Source: Candidatus Woesearchaeota archaeon
GTDB lineage: Archaea; Nanobdellota; Nanobdellia; Woesearchaeales; 21-14-0-10-32-9
DNA: 64,000 nucleotides
Assembly (NCBI GenBank): GCA_020854775.1
Contig: JAHKLZ010000005.1
Coordinates: 49,797 to 113,796 of the forward strand
Direction: 5' to 3'
Below the pieces are notes generated by a model. That model saw nothing but the letters and a program-made list of their open reading frames with translations. It ran no database searches and was not told the DNA's origin. The position numbers and the translations under genes are program-made. This document shows, in pieces, positions 55,827 to 64,000 of this stretch (position 1 is the stretch's first letter; each line of letters opens with the position of its first letter).

Positions 55827-58367
55827 TTAATTCATTAGTATTTCTTTTATTTTTTCGTATATCTCAGGGTACTTAGTAGGTTTTATCATATCTCTATGAA
55901 AATTATCCACTAAATCACAAGTTCCTTCGAAGTAATAATTCGTGGTGAAGTTTAATTCTGCGCTTCTTGTTTGCACTATGCCGTCTCCGTCTGCTCCGAA
56001 TGTGTTACAACCCGTTCCTATTAGTAAGTGTATTTGTTTTTTTGGAGGCGATATTTCTTTATTTATGTAATTCATAAACCCGCTTTCTTGGTACATATCG
56101 TCGCATTCTGTTTGTCCTCCGAAGAATCTGCACAGATATGCTAGTCTTTGTGGTACTCCTTGGTTAGGTGTTCCTACTAATATTATTGTTCCTAGTGAGT
56201 TTTCTCCGTATTTTTCTATGTATGTTCTTGTTACTAATCCCCCCATTGAATGCGCGATTATATCCACTTCTTGTTTTTTGGTTATTTTTTTTATGTATTC
56301 TATTATTTCATGAAGTTTCTCTGCGTGTTCTGTTATGCTTTGAATTCTTATTGATAATTCTCCCGGTGTTATTTCTCCGAATCTTAGTACTTCGTAATAT
56401 GTCGCTTTAAATATTGGTGTTGCAAAGTTTCTTGTTAATTCATTCTCTTCATATTCAGGATAATAAGATGGTCCTATTATTCCTGCAGGATAATATTTAT
56501 GTTCTTGAGTTATTTGTTTTACGAAGTCGTTAAAAGCGTTCGTGGAATGTAATGCTGAATTAAAGCTATAAAACGAGTATCCATGTAATACTATTAAAGG
56601 ATTTTTTTGTTGTTGTATGCATTCTTCATAGTCACAGCATGATTCGCATTTGTTTTTGAAACAACACGTCGCTGATACGTCTTCTATTATCTTTATGTTA
56701 GGAGTCATTATTTTTATTTCTTTTATTAGTTCTTTTTGTTTAGTTATTATTGGAAATTCTAATTCTGATGTGCATGTTAAGAAATATTTTTGGGTTTCAT
56801 TTTCTAAATAAGTTAATGGTAAGAAGTATTCTTGTTTTGATTCATTATGATTATTTAAATAATAGTTTTGGTTACTTGTTTCATTTACTCTTTGAGCATA
56901 ATTCATTAACAAGTTTATTAATTTTGTTGCATTAGTATCATTTATTTGTTGTATTTGCCATTGTAACATCGATTGTTCCACTAATCTTTTTTCTGTATCT
57001 ATTTCTAGTATTTCTTGTTTTGTTAGATTTTGTCTTTTTGTTTCTTGTTGTTCTTTTAGTTCTTTTTTTAGTTCTTGTATTATTTGTGTTTCTTCACATA
57101 ATAATGTTGGTTCTTGTATGTTTGTTTCGTTACTTATTATTTTTATTTTTTCATTGCAGTTTTCTTTGTTTTGTAGTAAGCATAAATCATTATTCATTAG
57201 TTGAATCCAAGTATTTATTTCATAAAATGATGATTCTTTTAATTCATCATGTGTTTTCTTTAATTGTAAAGATTTGTTTTGTATATCTATTATTAAATTT
57301 TTTAATTCTTGATAGTTGTTGAATTTTTTTTCATTTAACGCAGTTAATAATTTGAGATTTAAATGGTGTATTTCTTGTAAATTAGTTTCTGGTTCTTTGT
57401 CAGATAATATTATTATTTTGTTTATTTGATTTAACAAGTTTATTTCTTCTCTAAAAGTTGTTAATGTTTGTATTGCTTCATTGTATATTTCTTGTTCTTT
57501 TTCTATTATGTATATTAAGTGATTGGCTTTTTCTTTGAAATTTAATGATTTTTCAATCACATTATGTTTTTTTATTTCTTGTTCTACATATGAATAATTC
57601 TGTGTTTTCCAATCTTCATTTATTTTATCTAAGTCTTTTTCTAATATGTTTTGAAAAAATATTAATTCAATTATTTCTTTTTCTAAGTGATCTTTTTTCA
57701 TTTGAGAAATATTGTTAACAATAGCTTGCGCCATTAACGTGTTTGTTTGACCAGCCATTATTAGTTCAGTTATTTCATTTATTATTGTTTGTACTTCTTC
57801 TTTTTTTAGTTGTTGTTCTTTGCTTGGTTCGTAATTCATAGTTATTAAAGCAGTTCTTATAACTGGTAAAGTCATTGCTTTACACATATTTGATTCATAA
57901 TTTATACAACTTATTTCGAACAAATACATTATTTGTCCCGATCCCAATTTATTTGTTGATAATATTGATTCATATTCATGTTTTTTATAGTTTGAAAAAT
58001 AAAATTCGCCTTTATCTAATATTTTGTTTTCACTTAAATCTTTTAATTCGTATTCACAAGTAGTTTTACAGAAAAGATTTGTTCTTATCTCTGTTTCTAT
58101 TAATATTTGTTCTTTTTCATTTTGTTTTGTGTTAATATTTATGTTTTGTGGACTTGTTTCCATTATTATTTGTTCTGCGTAGTTTGATCTTATGTTTATC
58201 ATCATAGCTGATGAAAAATAAAGAATTATTAGGATTGTTAATACAATCAATATTCTAATTAGTTCTTTTTTGTGCTTTTTTAAGTTATCAACAAGGCTTG
58301 ATTTCTCTTTTTTTATTTTTTTAGAGATTTTTTTGTTTGTTCTCTTTTTTTTATCTTTTTTAGACAT
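55827..58367 (-). CDS. membrane-anchored giant coiled-coil protein with a C-terminal alpha/beta-hydrolase (lipase/esterase) domain
   Basis: N-terminal TM helix and about 500 aa of coiled coil. The C-terminus carries a GxSxG nucleophile elbow (IIAHSMGGLVTRTY) and a Cys-rich segment. Confidence 0.5.
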   Translation of the reverse strand: MSKKDKKKRTNKKISKKIKKEKSSLVDNLKKHKKELIRILIVLTILIILYFSSAMMINIRSNYAEQIIMETSPQNININTKQNEKEQILIETEIRTNLFCKTTCEYELKDLSENKILDKGEFYFSNYKKHEYESILSTNKLGSGQIMYLFEISCINYESNMCKAMTLPVIRTALITMNYEPSKEQQLKKEEVQTIINEITELIMAGQTNTLMAQAIVNNISQMKKDHLEKEIIELIFFQNILEKDLDKINEDWKTQNYSYVEQEIKKHNVIEKSLNFKEKANHLIYIIEKEQEIYNEAIQTLTTFREEINLLNQINKIIILSDKEPETNLQEIHHLNLKLLTALNEKKFNNYQELKNLIIDIQNKSLQLKKTHDELKESSFYEINTWIQLMNNDLCLLQNKENCNEKIKIISNETNIQEPTLLCEETQIIQELKKELKEQQETKRQNLTKQEILEIDTEKRLVEQSMLQWQIQQINDTNATKLINLLMNYAQRVNETSNQNYYLNNHNESKQEYFLPLTYLENETQKYFLTCTSELEFPIITKQKELIKEIKIMTPNIKIIEDVSATCCFKNKCESCCDYEECIQQQKNPLIVLHGYSFYSFNSALHSTNAFNDFVKQITQEHKYYPAGIIGPSYYPEYEENELTRNFATPIFKATYYEVLRFGEITPGELSIRIQSITEHAEKLHEIIEYIKKITKKQEVDIIAHSMGGLVTRTYIEKYGENSLGTIILVGTPNQGVPQRLAYLCRFFGGQTECDDMYQESGFMNYINKEISPPKKQIHLLIGTGCNTFGADGDGIVQTRSAELNFTTNYYFEGTCDLVDNFHRDMIKPTKYPEIYEKIKEILMN

Positions 58368-58555
58368 TTTTATCTTTTTTAGGATTATGCGTGAAAGTAT
58401 AAAAATGTATCTTTTAAATCTTTTTTGTTGTGCACTAACAGTTTTTCTGGACTTATTTTAGAAACGAAAGTTTTATATATGTTCTTGATAATCATTTTTT
58501 TGTTGCTTTACTAATATTTCAAGCAATAATTATGATTTATAGGAGGGAAGGTTAA

Positions 58556-58951
58556 ATGACGAATTTTTTTTCGATGAGGAGATTTAAAAAGAAGAATTAT
58601 GATGATGACGACATGTTAGATTCTGAGGATGAATATGTTGAGCTTGATACTAGTGTTGGTTCAAGGAGTGGTTCTTCTAAGGTTATTGTGAGGCCGTTCG
58701 TACTTGATGATTTTGCTGACATTAAGTCTATTCTTGAGTGTTTACGTGAAGGAAATACTATTTGTTTAGTTAATATTAGTCCTTTGCGTGAGAAGGATAT
58801 GATTGAGCTTAAACGCGCCGTTAACAAGTTAAAGAAAACAGTTGAAGCTATTGATGGTGAAATTGCTGGTTTCGGCGAGGATTACGTAGTCGTCGTACCT
58901 AGTTTCGCTGAGATTCATAAATCAGCCAGCCCCGCTCAGTTTGAAGATTAA
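58556..58951 (+). CDS. sepF: cell division protein SepF
   Basis: SepF/DUF552 core (VIVRPFVLDDFADIKSILECLREGNTICLVNISPL...DGEIAGFGEDYVVVVP). Confidence 0.7.
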   Translation: MTNFFSMRRFKKKNYDDDDMLDSEDEYVELDTSVGSRSGSSKVIVRPFVLDDFADIKSILECLREGNTICLVNISPLREKDMIELKRAVNKLKKTVEAIDGEIAGFGEDYVVVVPSFAEIHKSASPAQFED

Positions 58952-59024
58952 TTATTATTTTTTTCTTTTTTTTATATGTTTTCTTACAACAAATTTTTTA
59001 AATAGATAAAGAAACTGTTTTTTT

Positions 59025-59555
59025 ATGAATGACGATTTTAATATTGATGTTTTAGAAGGAGAGCAGTGTCCTTTTTGTAAGAAGAATACTTTGACTCTTA
59101 GAGAAGCTGAACGAGAGATTCCTTTTTTTGGTCGAGTAGTTGTTTTTTCTATGGATTGTGAGAATGAAGAATGTGGTTATCATAAAGCTGACGTTGAAGC
59201 ATTAGATAATAAGCCCGCTGTTAAGTGTTCTTTAGTCGTTTCTTCTAAGGATGATTTGAAAGTGCGTGTTATTAAGTCTTCTTTTGCCACTATTGTTATT
59301 CCTAGGATTGGCAGTATTGAGCCTGGTGAAGCCAGTAATGGATACGTTACTAACGTGGAAGGAATTATTAATAGGATTAAACGTCAAGTCGAATTTTTAA
59401 GGGATAATGCCGAGGATGATTCTGAGCGGAAGAAAGCTAAAAACATGGTTAAAAAGCTTACAAAGGTTCTTATGGGTCAAGAAGAAATCACTATTAATCT
59501 AAATGATCCTAGCGGTAATTCTGCTATTATTAGTGATAAAACTGTTAAGAAATAA
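59025..59555 (+). CDS. ZPR1-type zinc-finger protein (COG1779)
   Basis: CPFCKK...CENEECGY zinc-ribbon plus the ZPR1 beta-domain. Confidence 0.55.
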   Translation: MNDDFNIDVLEGEQCPFCKKNTLTLREAEREIPFFGRVVVFSMDCENEECGYHKADVEALDNKPAVKCSLVVSSKDDLKVRVIKSSFATIVIPRIGSIEPGEASNGYVTNVEGIINRIKRQVEFLRDNAEDDSERKKAKNMVKKLTKVLMGQEEITINLNDPSGNSAIISDKTVKK

Positions 59556-59558
59556 TAT

Positions 59559-60623
59559 TTATATTATTTTTTTTAAGGACACGTAGTCTTTTTTTGCTGT
59601 TATTTCTATTTGGTCTTCTGATTTTATTTTTGATATTACTGAAGTCATTTCAGGCAATAATATTCTTGATCCTCTAAAATCCAGATTAGTTATTATTGTA
59701 CTTTCGTTGTTTATGTCAGCCATTGCTTCTTTTTTAATTTTATTATTATAATTGTCTTTTCTATGCTTAGTTTGTTCATATAAATATTTGGCTATTTTGT
59801 CAGCTATATCCACTTTTGTTGCTTTTGTTATTCCTTGCAATCCTGGACTAATATTTGCTTCTATTACTAGGGGTCCTTTGTATCCTTGTAATATATCTAC
59901 CCCGCATATTTCTGCACCTATTGCTTTTGCTGCTTTTATCGCGATTTGTTTTGTGTGTTCATCTATTTCTATCACTTCTCCTGTTCCACCTGTATGTATA
60001 TTTGATCTTACTTCGTCTTTTGCTCCTTTTCTTATCATACTAGCTACGACTTTTTCTCCCACTACGAATGCCCTTAAATCAGTCGAGCCTGTATCTATGT
60101 ATTCTTGTATTATGAATGATTGTTTTAATGCGGATAACGCATCTAGAATAGATGATGCTGAGCTGTATGAATCCGCAAACATCACTCCTTTTCCTTGTGT
60201 TCCTTGTGGGAACTTCATGATTATAGGATAATTAAGACTTGATAATAATTGTCTTGCTGAATCTATGGTTGAACTTATGTATGTTTTTGGCATAGGTATG
60301 CTGTGTTGTTGCATCATTAATTGAGTTAATAATTTGTCGTGTGCTATTGTGAACGCGCTAGGTATTATTGGCATATAACATTCTTTGTGTAATATAGACG
60401 TTAATGATCTTAATATTTGGCTATATCTAAATGAGCCTTTTGCGTATATGCAATCATATTTTTTTAGAGGTTCTCCTTTATGTAAGATTTGTGCTGTGCT
60501 TCCTGATATGCTTAGTTCTAGGTTTTTTACGTTTATTTCATCTACTTCTTCAAAGTATTTCTTCATTGCCTCATATGTCCATTTTGAACTTTCGCTTCCT
60601 TGGCTTATTATTGCTGCTTTCAT
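59559..60623 (-). CDS. RimK-like ATP-grasp ligase
   Basis: ATP-grasp motifs (LRAFVVGEKVVASMIRKGAKDEVRSNIHTGG...EICGVDIL). Operon partner of the downstream aspartic-protease-like gene. Confidence 0.7.
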   Translation of the reverse strand: MKAAIISQGSESSKWTYEAMKKYFEEVDEINVKNLELSISGSTAQILHKGEPLKKYDCIYAKGSFRYSQILRSLTSILHKECYMPIIPSAFTIAHDKLLTQLMMQQHSIPMPKTYISSTIDSARQLLSSLNYPIIMKFPQGTQGKGVMFADSYSSASSILDALSALKQSFIIQEYIDTGSTDLRAFVVGEKVVASMIRKGAKDEVRSNIHTGGTGEVIEIDEHTKQIAIKAAKAIGAEICGVDILQGYKGPLVIEANISPGLQGITKATKVDIADKIAKYLYEQTKHRKDNYNNKIKKEAMADINNESTIITNLDFRGSRILLPEMTSVISKIKSEDQIEITAKKDYVSLKKII

Positions 60624-60976
60624 TTTGTCACATCTATTAAGAATCCTTGTTTTAATATGTTTCTTCCTATTAGGACTTTGTATTTCATTCTGCTTCTATC
60701 CGCGACTGTGAATATAGTCGTCATTTTTTTCTTTTTTAACACTATTTCTGCTTCTACTACAGGCCTTAATGTTTCTCCATGCGCATTTCTTACTGTTTTT
60801 ACACTCAGTACTGGTCCGAGTTTTAAATCAGCCACTATTCTGGCGTCTATTGAGCTACTGGCGGCTCCCGTGTCTACTCTACCTTCGTATTTTCCTTTTT
60901 TTTCTTTAGCATTAATAGTTATGTTTTCAACAGGACCTATTATGATTTTTTGCTCTTCCTTGGTTCTTTTTGTCAT
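60620..60976 (-). CDS. retropepsin-like aspartic protease domain protein (DUF785/COG4067), RimK-associated
   Basis: D-T-G-A motif (RVDTGAASSSIDA). 4-nt overlap with the RimK-like gene. Confidence 0.55.
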   Translation of the reverse strand: MTKRTKEEQKIIIGPVENITINAKEKKGKYEGRVDTGAASSSIDARIVADLKLGPVLSVKTVRNAHGETLRPVVEAEIVLKKKKMTTIFTVADRSRMKYKVLIGRNILKQGFLIDVTK

Positions 60977-61088
60977 GTTTTTAGTTATTTTTGTTTCATT
61001 TAAAAATTATTTGGTTTAATTATTTTTTTATTTGTTTTCTTTGTTAGACCCGTAATGTTTATAAATTGATTGTGTTTTCGTGGTTTTT

Positions 61089-61259
61089 ATGGTTGAAAAG
61101 AAATGTTTATCATTGAATATTAGTGTAACGAATGATAGGGGCTCTGTTTCTTTTATGTGTCCTAATTGTGGTGATTATGAAATAGTTAGGTCTTCAAAAG
61201 CTAGAAAAATAGCTTCTAAGTATACTTGTCCTAAGTGTGGCTTTGTAGGTCCTAATTAA
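61089..61259 (+). CDS. Zn-ribbon RNA-binding protein (COG2888), EF-1beta-associated
   Basis: Two CxxC pairs (CPNCG and CPKCG) in 56 aa. Conserved archaeal neighbourhood immediately upstream of aEF-1beta. Confidence 0.45.
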   Translation: MVEKKCLSLNISVTNDRGSVSFMCPNCGDYEIVRSSKARKIASKYTCPKCGFVGPN

Positions 61260-61288
61260 GTAAATAAAAGGAATAAGAGGTATGTATA

Positions 61289-61567
61289 ATGGCTAATGCA
61301 ATTGTTACTGTAAAAATTATGCCTGAGTCTCCAGAAGTTGATTTAGCTTCTTTGACTGAGGAAGTTAAAAAGAAGATCGCTGATTTCGCTGGTGAAGGTG
61401 ATACTCGTGAAGAGATTGAACCTGTAGCTTTTGGTCTTAAGGCTTTAAAAATTACTTTCGTTATGGATGAATCCATGGGTAGTCCTGAACCTGTTGAGAA
61501 AGAAATTGAAGCTCTTAAAGGTGTTAATTCCGTTGAAGTTATTGATGTTAGACGAGCTATCGGATAA
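61289..61567 (+). CDS. ef1b: elongation factor 1-beta
   Basis: aEF-1beta family (VKIMPESPEVDL...GLKALKITFVMDE...VEVIDVRRA). Confidence 0.85.
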   Translation: MANAIVTVKIMPESPEVDLASLTEEVKKKIADFAGEGDTREEIEPVAFGLKALKITFVMDESMGSPEPVEKEIEALKGVNSVEVIDVRRAIG

Positions 61568-62606
61568 TTTTTTTAAATTTTTTTATTAATTCTTTTTTTG
61601 ACGCATTTGTTTTTATTGCGTTTTCGTTGAAATGAGTTCTTGTTGCTTCGTATCCTGTTTTTTGTAGTTCTTGTATTAGTTGTTCTTTTCGCGGTATTGT
61701 TTTGGTTTTTTGTTGACTCGCAATTTCATGTAAATCATAGAAGAAAGGTTCTTGTATTGTTGATTCTTCTTCTAGTATTTTTAATAGTTTAAGGGTTTTT
61801 TTGTTTATCTCTAAGTTTTGATTAAGCATTTTTTTTATGAATTCATGATTATTTATTATGCCTGTCCATATAGGTCCTTTTTCTTTGTATAATTCATGTT
61901 TTTTTAGTATTTCATCTGTTTTTGTTTTGTTGTTTTGTGATTCGAAGAATATTTTTATGTAGTGATCAGTTGCATATGAAACTAATGGAGTGAGTGCTTT
62001 TTCGTGTTGTGCACCTATTAGTTGTACTTTGCGTATTAGTATTCTAGTTGCGAATTCATGCATTAACTCGTTTCTTAAGGGTTCTGCCCAGTATTTTCTT
62101 TTGCACGCGCTCGAGTAGCTTCCGCATAGTGCAGAAGTATCTGTGGCTGTTACTCCTAGGATCGCGTTTCTGTTTAAGGCTCTTATTGCTGAATCTAGAA
62201 AAGGATTGGGTGTTCCGAAAGGGTCTATGTCTACGTAATCAAAGTGTCCTTCTGTGTTTAGAACTTTATTTGCGTCTTCATTTCTTATTATTATTTTTTC
62301 TTTACTTAATTTGTTTAATTCTAAGTTTTGTTCTAGTTTCTCTTTGAATCCTTTTTTTATGTCATTTATCACTATTTTTTTTGTTTTTTCTGGTTTTAGT
62401 TCTTTTAGTATTCTTAGTGATCTTATTCCAGTTCCTGCTAGGGGATCTATTATTGTTAGTTCTTTTTTTTCTAACGCGTTTAGAACTAATAAAGTGAAGT
62501 CTCTGTTAGTAGTCATGACTGGGTTGTAGAACGAGGGCATTTTTTTATTTACTACTTGTTGTGTTTCCACACATATCTTGGTTTTTCCCTCGGTTACTTT
62601 TTTCAT
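61557..62606 (-). CDS. trm1: tRNA (guanine26-N2)-dimethyltransferase Trm1
   Basis: Trm1 N-terminus (FYNPVMTTNRDFTLLVL...DPLAGTGIRSLR). Confidence 0.85.
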   Translation of the reverse strand: MKKVTEGKTKICVETQQVVNKKMPSFYNPVMTTNRDFTLLVLNALEKKELTIIDPLAGTGIRSLRILKELKPEKTKKIVINDIKKGFKEKLEQNLELNKLSKEKIIIRNEDANKVLNTEGHFDYVDIDPFGTPNPFLDSAIRALNRNAILGVTATDTSALCGSYSSACKRKYWAEPLRNELMHEFATRILIRKVQLIGAQHEKALTPLVSYATDHYIKIFFESQNNKTKTDEILKKHELYKEKGPIWTGIINNHEFIKKMLNQNLEINKKTLKLLKILEEESTIQEPFFYDLHEIASQQKTKTIPRKEQLIQELQKTGYEATRTHFNENAIKTNASKKELIKKFKKIIR

Positions 62607-62650
62607 AGTGCTACCTGAGTTAAAAAAAAGAAAAATAAAAATAAAAAAAG

Positions 62651-63214
62651 TTAGTGTTTGTTTGCTTTTCTGCTTGGTCTTGTTTTCTCTGAGCCTATTC
62701 CTTTTTTTCTTAAGCCTCGAGATTTTCTTCCTGCACTAGTTAGTCCTCTTAAGACTTTGTTTTTTGTGTCTAGTGCCCAAGCTGTTTCTTTATTTAAGAA
62801 TACTGATGGATTATCTCTTTCTATTAGTATTACTTCGTACCATATATTTTTTCCGTCTTTTCCTACGTAGTAGCTGTTTAGTACTTCGCAGTTAACGTAT
62901 TTTTTAGCTGCTCTTTCTTCGCATACTAATTGATAATTCTTTGATACGTCTTTTCTTTGACTGGAGTGAGCTGTTCTTCTTCCTCCTTTTATGTCTGGTC
63001 TTTGTCTTCCTCCTCTTGTTGCTTTTTGTCTTACGAGGATGAATCCTTTTTTAGCTTTGTATCCTAAGCTTCTTGCTCTATCTAATCTTGTTGGTCTGTG
63101 AATCCTGACTGTTACTGGTTCTCTTCTCCACTGCATTAGTCTTTCTTTGTTTAGTTCTTTGGATTCTTGAGTATTAGAATTCCAGTTTTGTTTGAAATAT
63201 TTTAGGTATCCCAT
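62651..63214 (-). CDS. rpl15e: 50S ribosomal protein L15e
   Basis: Strong L15e match (MGYLKYFKQNW...WRREPVTVRIHRPTRLDRARSLGYKAKKGF). Confidence 0.9.
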   Translation of the reverse strand: MGYLKYFKQNWNSNTQESKELNKERLMQWRREPVTVRIHRPTRLDRARSLGYKAKKGFILVRQKATRGGRQRPDIKGGRRTAHSSQRKDVSKNYQLVCEERAAKKYVNCEVLNSYYVGKDGKNIWYEVILIERDNPSVFLNKETAWALDTKNKVLRGLTSAGRKSRGLRKKGIGSEKTRPSRKANKH

Positions 63215-63346
63215 TTTTTTTTAGCCTCCGTTGTTTTGTTTTTTTATTTGGTTTTCAGCGAAGCTACTCGCCACATTAACCTTGTTTTTAGAAATAACAC
63301 TTGATTTATAAAGGTTTTTGATTAATGTTTTCGTTGTTTAGACTGT

Positions 63347-63736
63347 TTATTTTTTGTTTATGTTAAATTTTTTGAAGGTTTCTATTAAGTCTATCATGTA
63401 TTTTCCGTCTTCTAATTTGTATATTAATGGTTGTTTCTTTTTGAATAGGTTAACTAAGTCTAATTCGTATTTTCCTGGCGCTATTATGTTTATGCTTTCA
63501 AAGTCTAGAACTACTGGTAATTCTTTGTCTACGTCTGATCCTATTATGTCATATACGTCTTTTTCTATTTGGTCTTTGTCTTTTTTTGTTAAGTCAAATG
63601 TTCTTTCTTTTGCTCTTTTTAAGTCCGTGTCTTTAACGAAGAAGAATAGTTTGCCTCCGCAACTAGTACAGCCTTTCAGTATCGCGCTTGACGCATCTCC
63701 ATGTAGAACACCGCATTTAACACATTGATGAGGCAT
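63347..63736 (-). CDS. Zn-ribbon protein (SSSCA1/COG1645-like)
   Basis: CVKCG...CTSCGGKLFF zinc ribbon. The remainder is uncharacterised. Confidence 0.4.
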   Translation of the reverse strand: MPHQCVKCGVLHGDASSAILKGCTSCGGKLFFFVKDTDLKRAKERTFDLTKKDKDQIEKDVYDIIGSDVDKELPVVLDFESINIIAPGKYELDLVNLFKKKQPLIYKLEDGKYMIDLIETFKKFNINKK

Positions 63737-63748
63737 TTTTATTCACCT

Positions 63749-64000
63749 CTATTTCTTGGACAAGTCTTCTGTGAAGAGTTGTATCTTGTCCGGATCTTGT
63801 TTTATTTCCTTTATTATCTTTGCCGGACCTATTATTGTTAATCCGTGTCTATTTCCTAGAAGTAAGTTTACTAATTTTGTTTTTAATTTTTTTATGAATC
63901 CTTCTGATAAGTTAGTTGTGTTTACCGCACTTAATTCTATTCCTTTGAAGTTATCATTTATTTGTTCCATTGTTTTTTGTATTAGTTCCGCTTCTTCTTC
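63749..64000 (-). CDS. hypothetical protein, possibly 5'-truncated by window edge
   Basis: The frame stays open upstream of the Met at 63970 to the window end (…EEEAELIQKT M…). Confidence 0.3.
   Translation of the reverse strand, partial: EEEAELIQKTMEQINDNFKGIELSAVNTTNLSEGFIKKLKTKLVNLLLGNRHGLTIIGPAKIIKEIKQDPDKIQLFTEDLSKK

Noticed and set aside
58270-58461. A 63-aa plus-strand ORF at the 5' end of the coiled-coil lipase gene.
   Set aside because: It is antisense to, and overlaps, the start of the 846-aa gene, and is low-complexity.

Overview
**What the window is.** A low-GC archaeal chromosome segment, probably a DPANN-like or other small-genome euryarchaeal lineage, carrying a dense information-processing core.

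**Core content.**
- **RNA polymerase and ribosomal cluster:** the canonical rpoH-rpoB''-rpoB'-rpoA'-rpoA''-rpl30e-nusA-rps12 cluster on the minus strand, with rpoB split.
- **Translation and chaperone genes:** thermosome, aRF1, aEF-1beta with its Zn-ribbon partner, Alba, S17e and L15e.
- **tRNA charging and modification:** GluRS, ThrRS, AlaX, Elp3, Trm1, a CCA-adding enzyme and an MnmC-like methyltransferase.
- **Envelope and cell division:** an S-layer protein, SepF and a prepilin peptidase.
- **DNA repair:** UDG, Ogg and Nth.
- **Metabolism:** a bacterial-type pta-ackA pair.
- **Eight tRNA genes:** Lys, Asp, Tyr, Val, two Arg, Ala and Thr. Three carry introns, and tRNA-Tyr apparently carries two.
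- **Strand bias and code:** the top strand is strikingly G+T-rich regardless of gene orientation, with no skew switch. TGA, TAG and TAA all act as stops, so the standard code applies.

**Accessory and unusual content.**
- A 3x81-bp perfect tandem repeat overlaps the 5' end and leader of the intron-containing tRNA-Ala.
- A ~2.2-kb island carries a Fic protein and a methyltransferase. It is bracketed by a 14-bp duplication of the tRNA-Arg(GCG) 3' end plus 47-bp direct repeats.
- A HEPN/wHTH-MNT pair sits next to tRNA-Val.
- A phage-type ORF6N gene is interrupted by a single in-frame TGA.
- Two divergent tandem paralogs of unknown function lie beside rps12.
- A radical-SAM enzyme sits directly upstream of a large secreted protein.
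- A ThyA homolog has Gly at the nucleophile position and is co-transcribed with a 550-aa unknown HTH protein.
- Several compositionally atypical genes look horizontally acquired.

No CRISPR array, rRNA or recognisable integrase was found.
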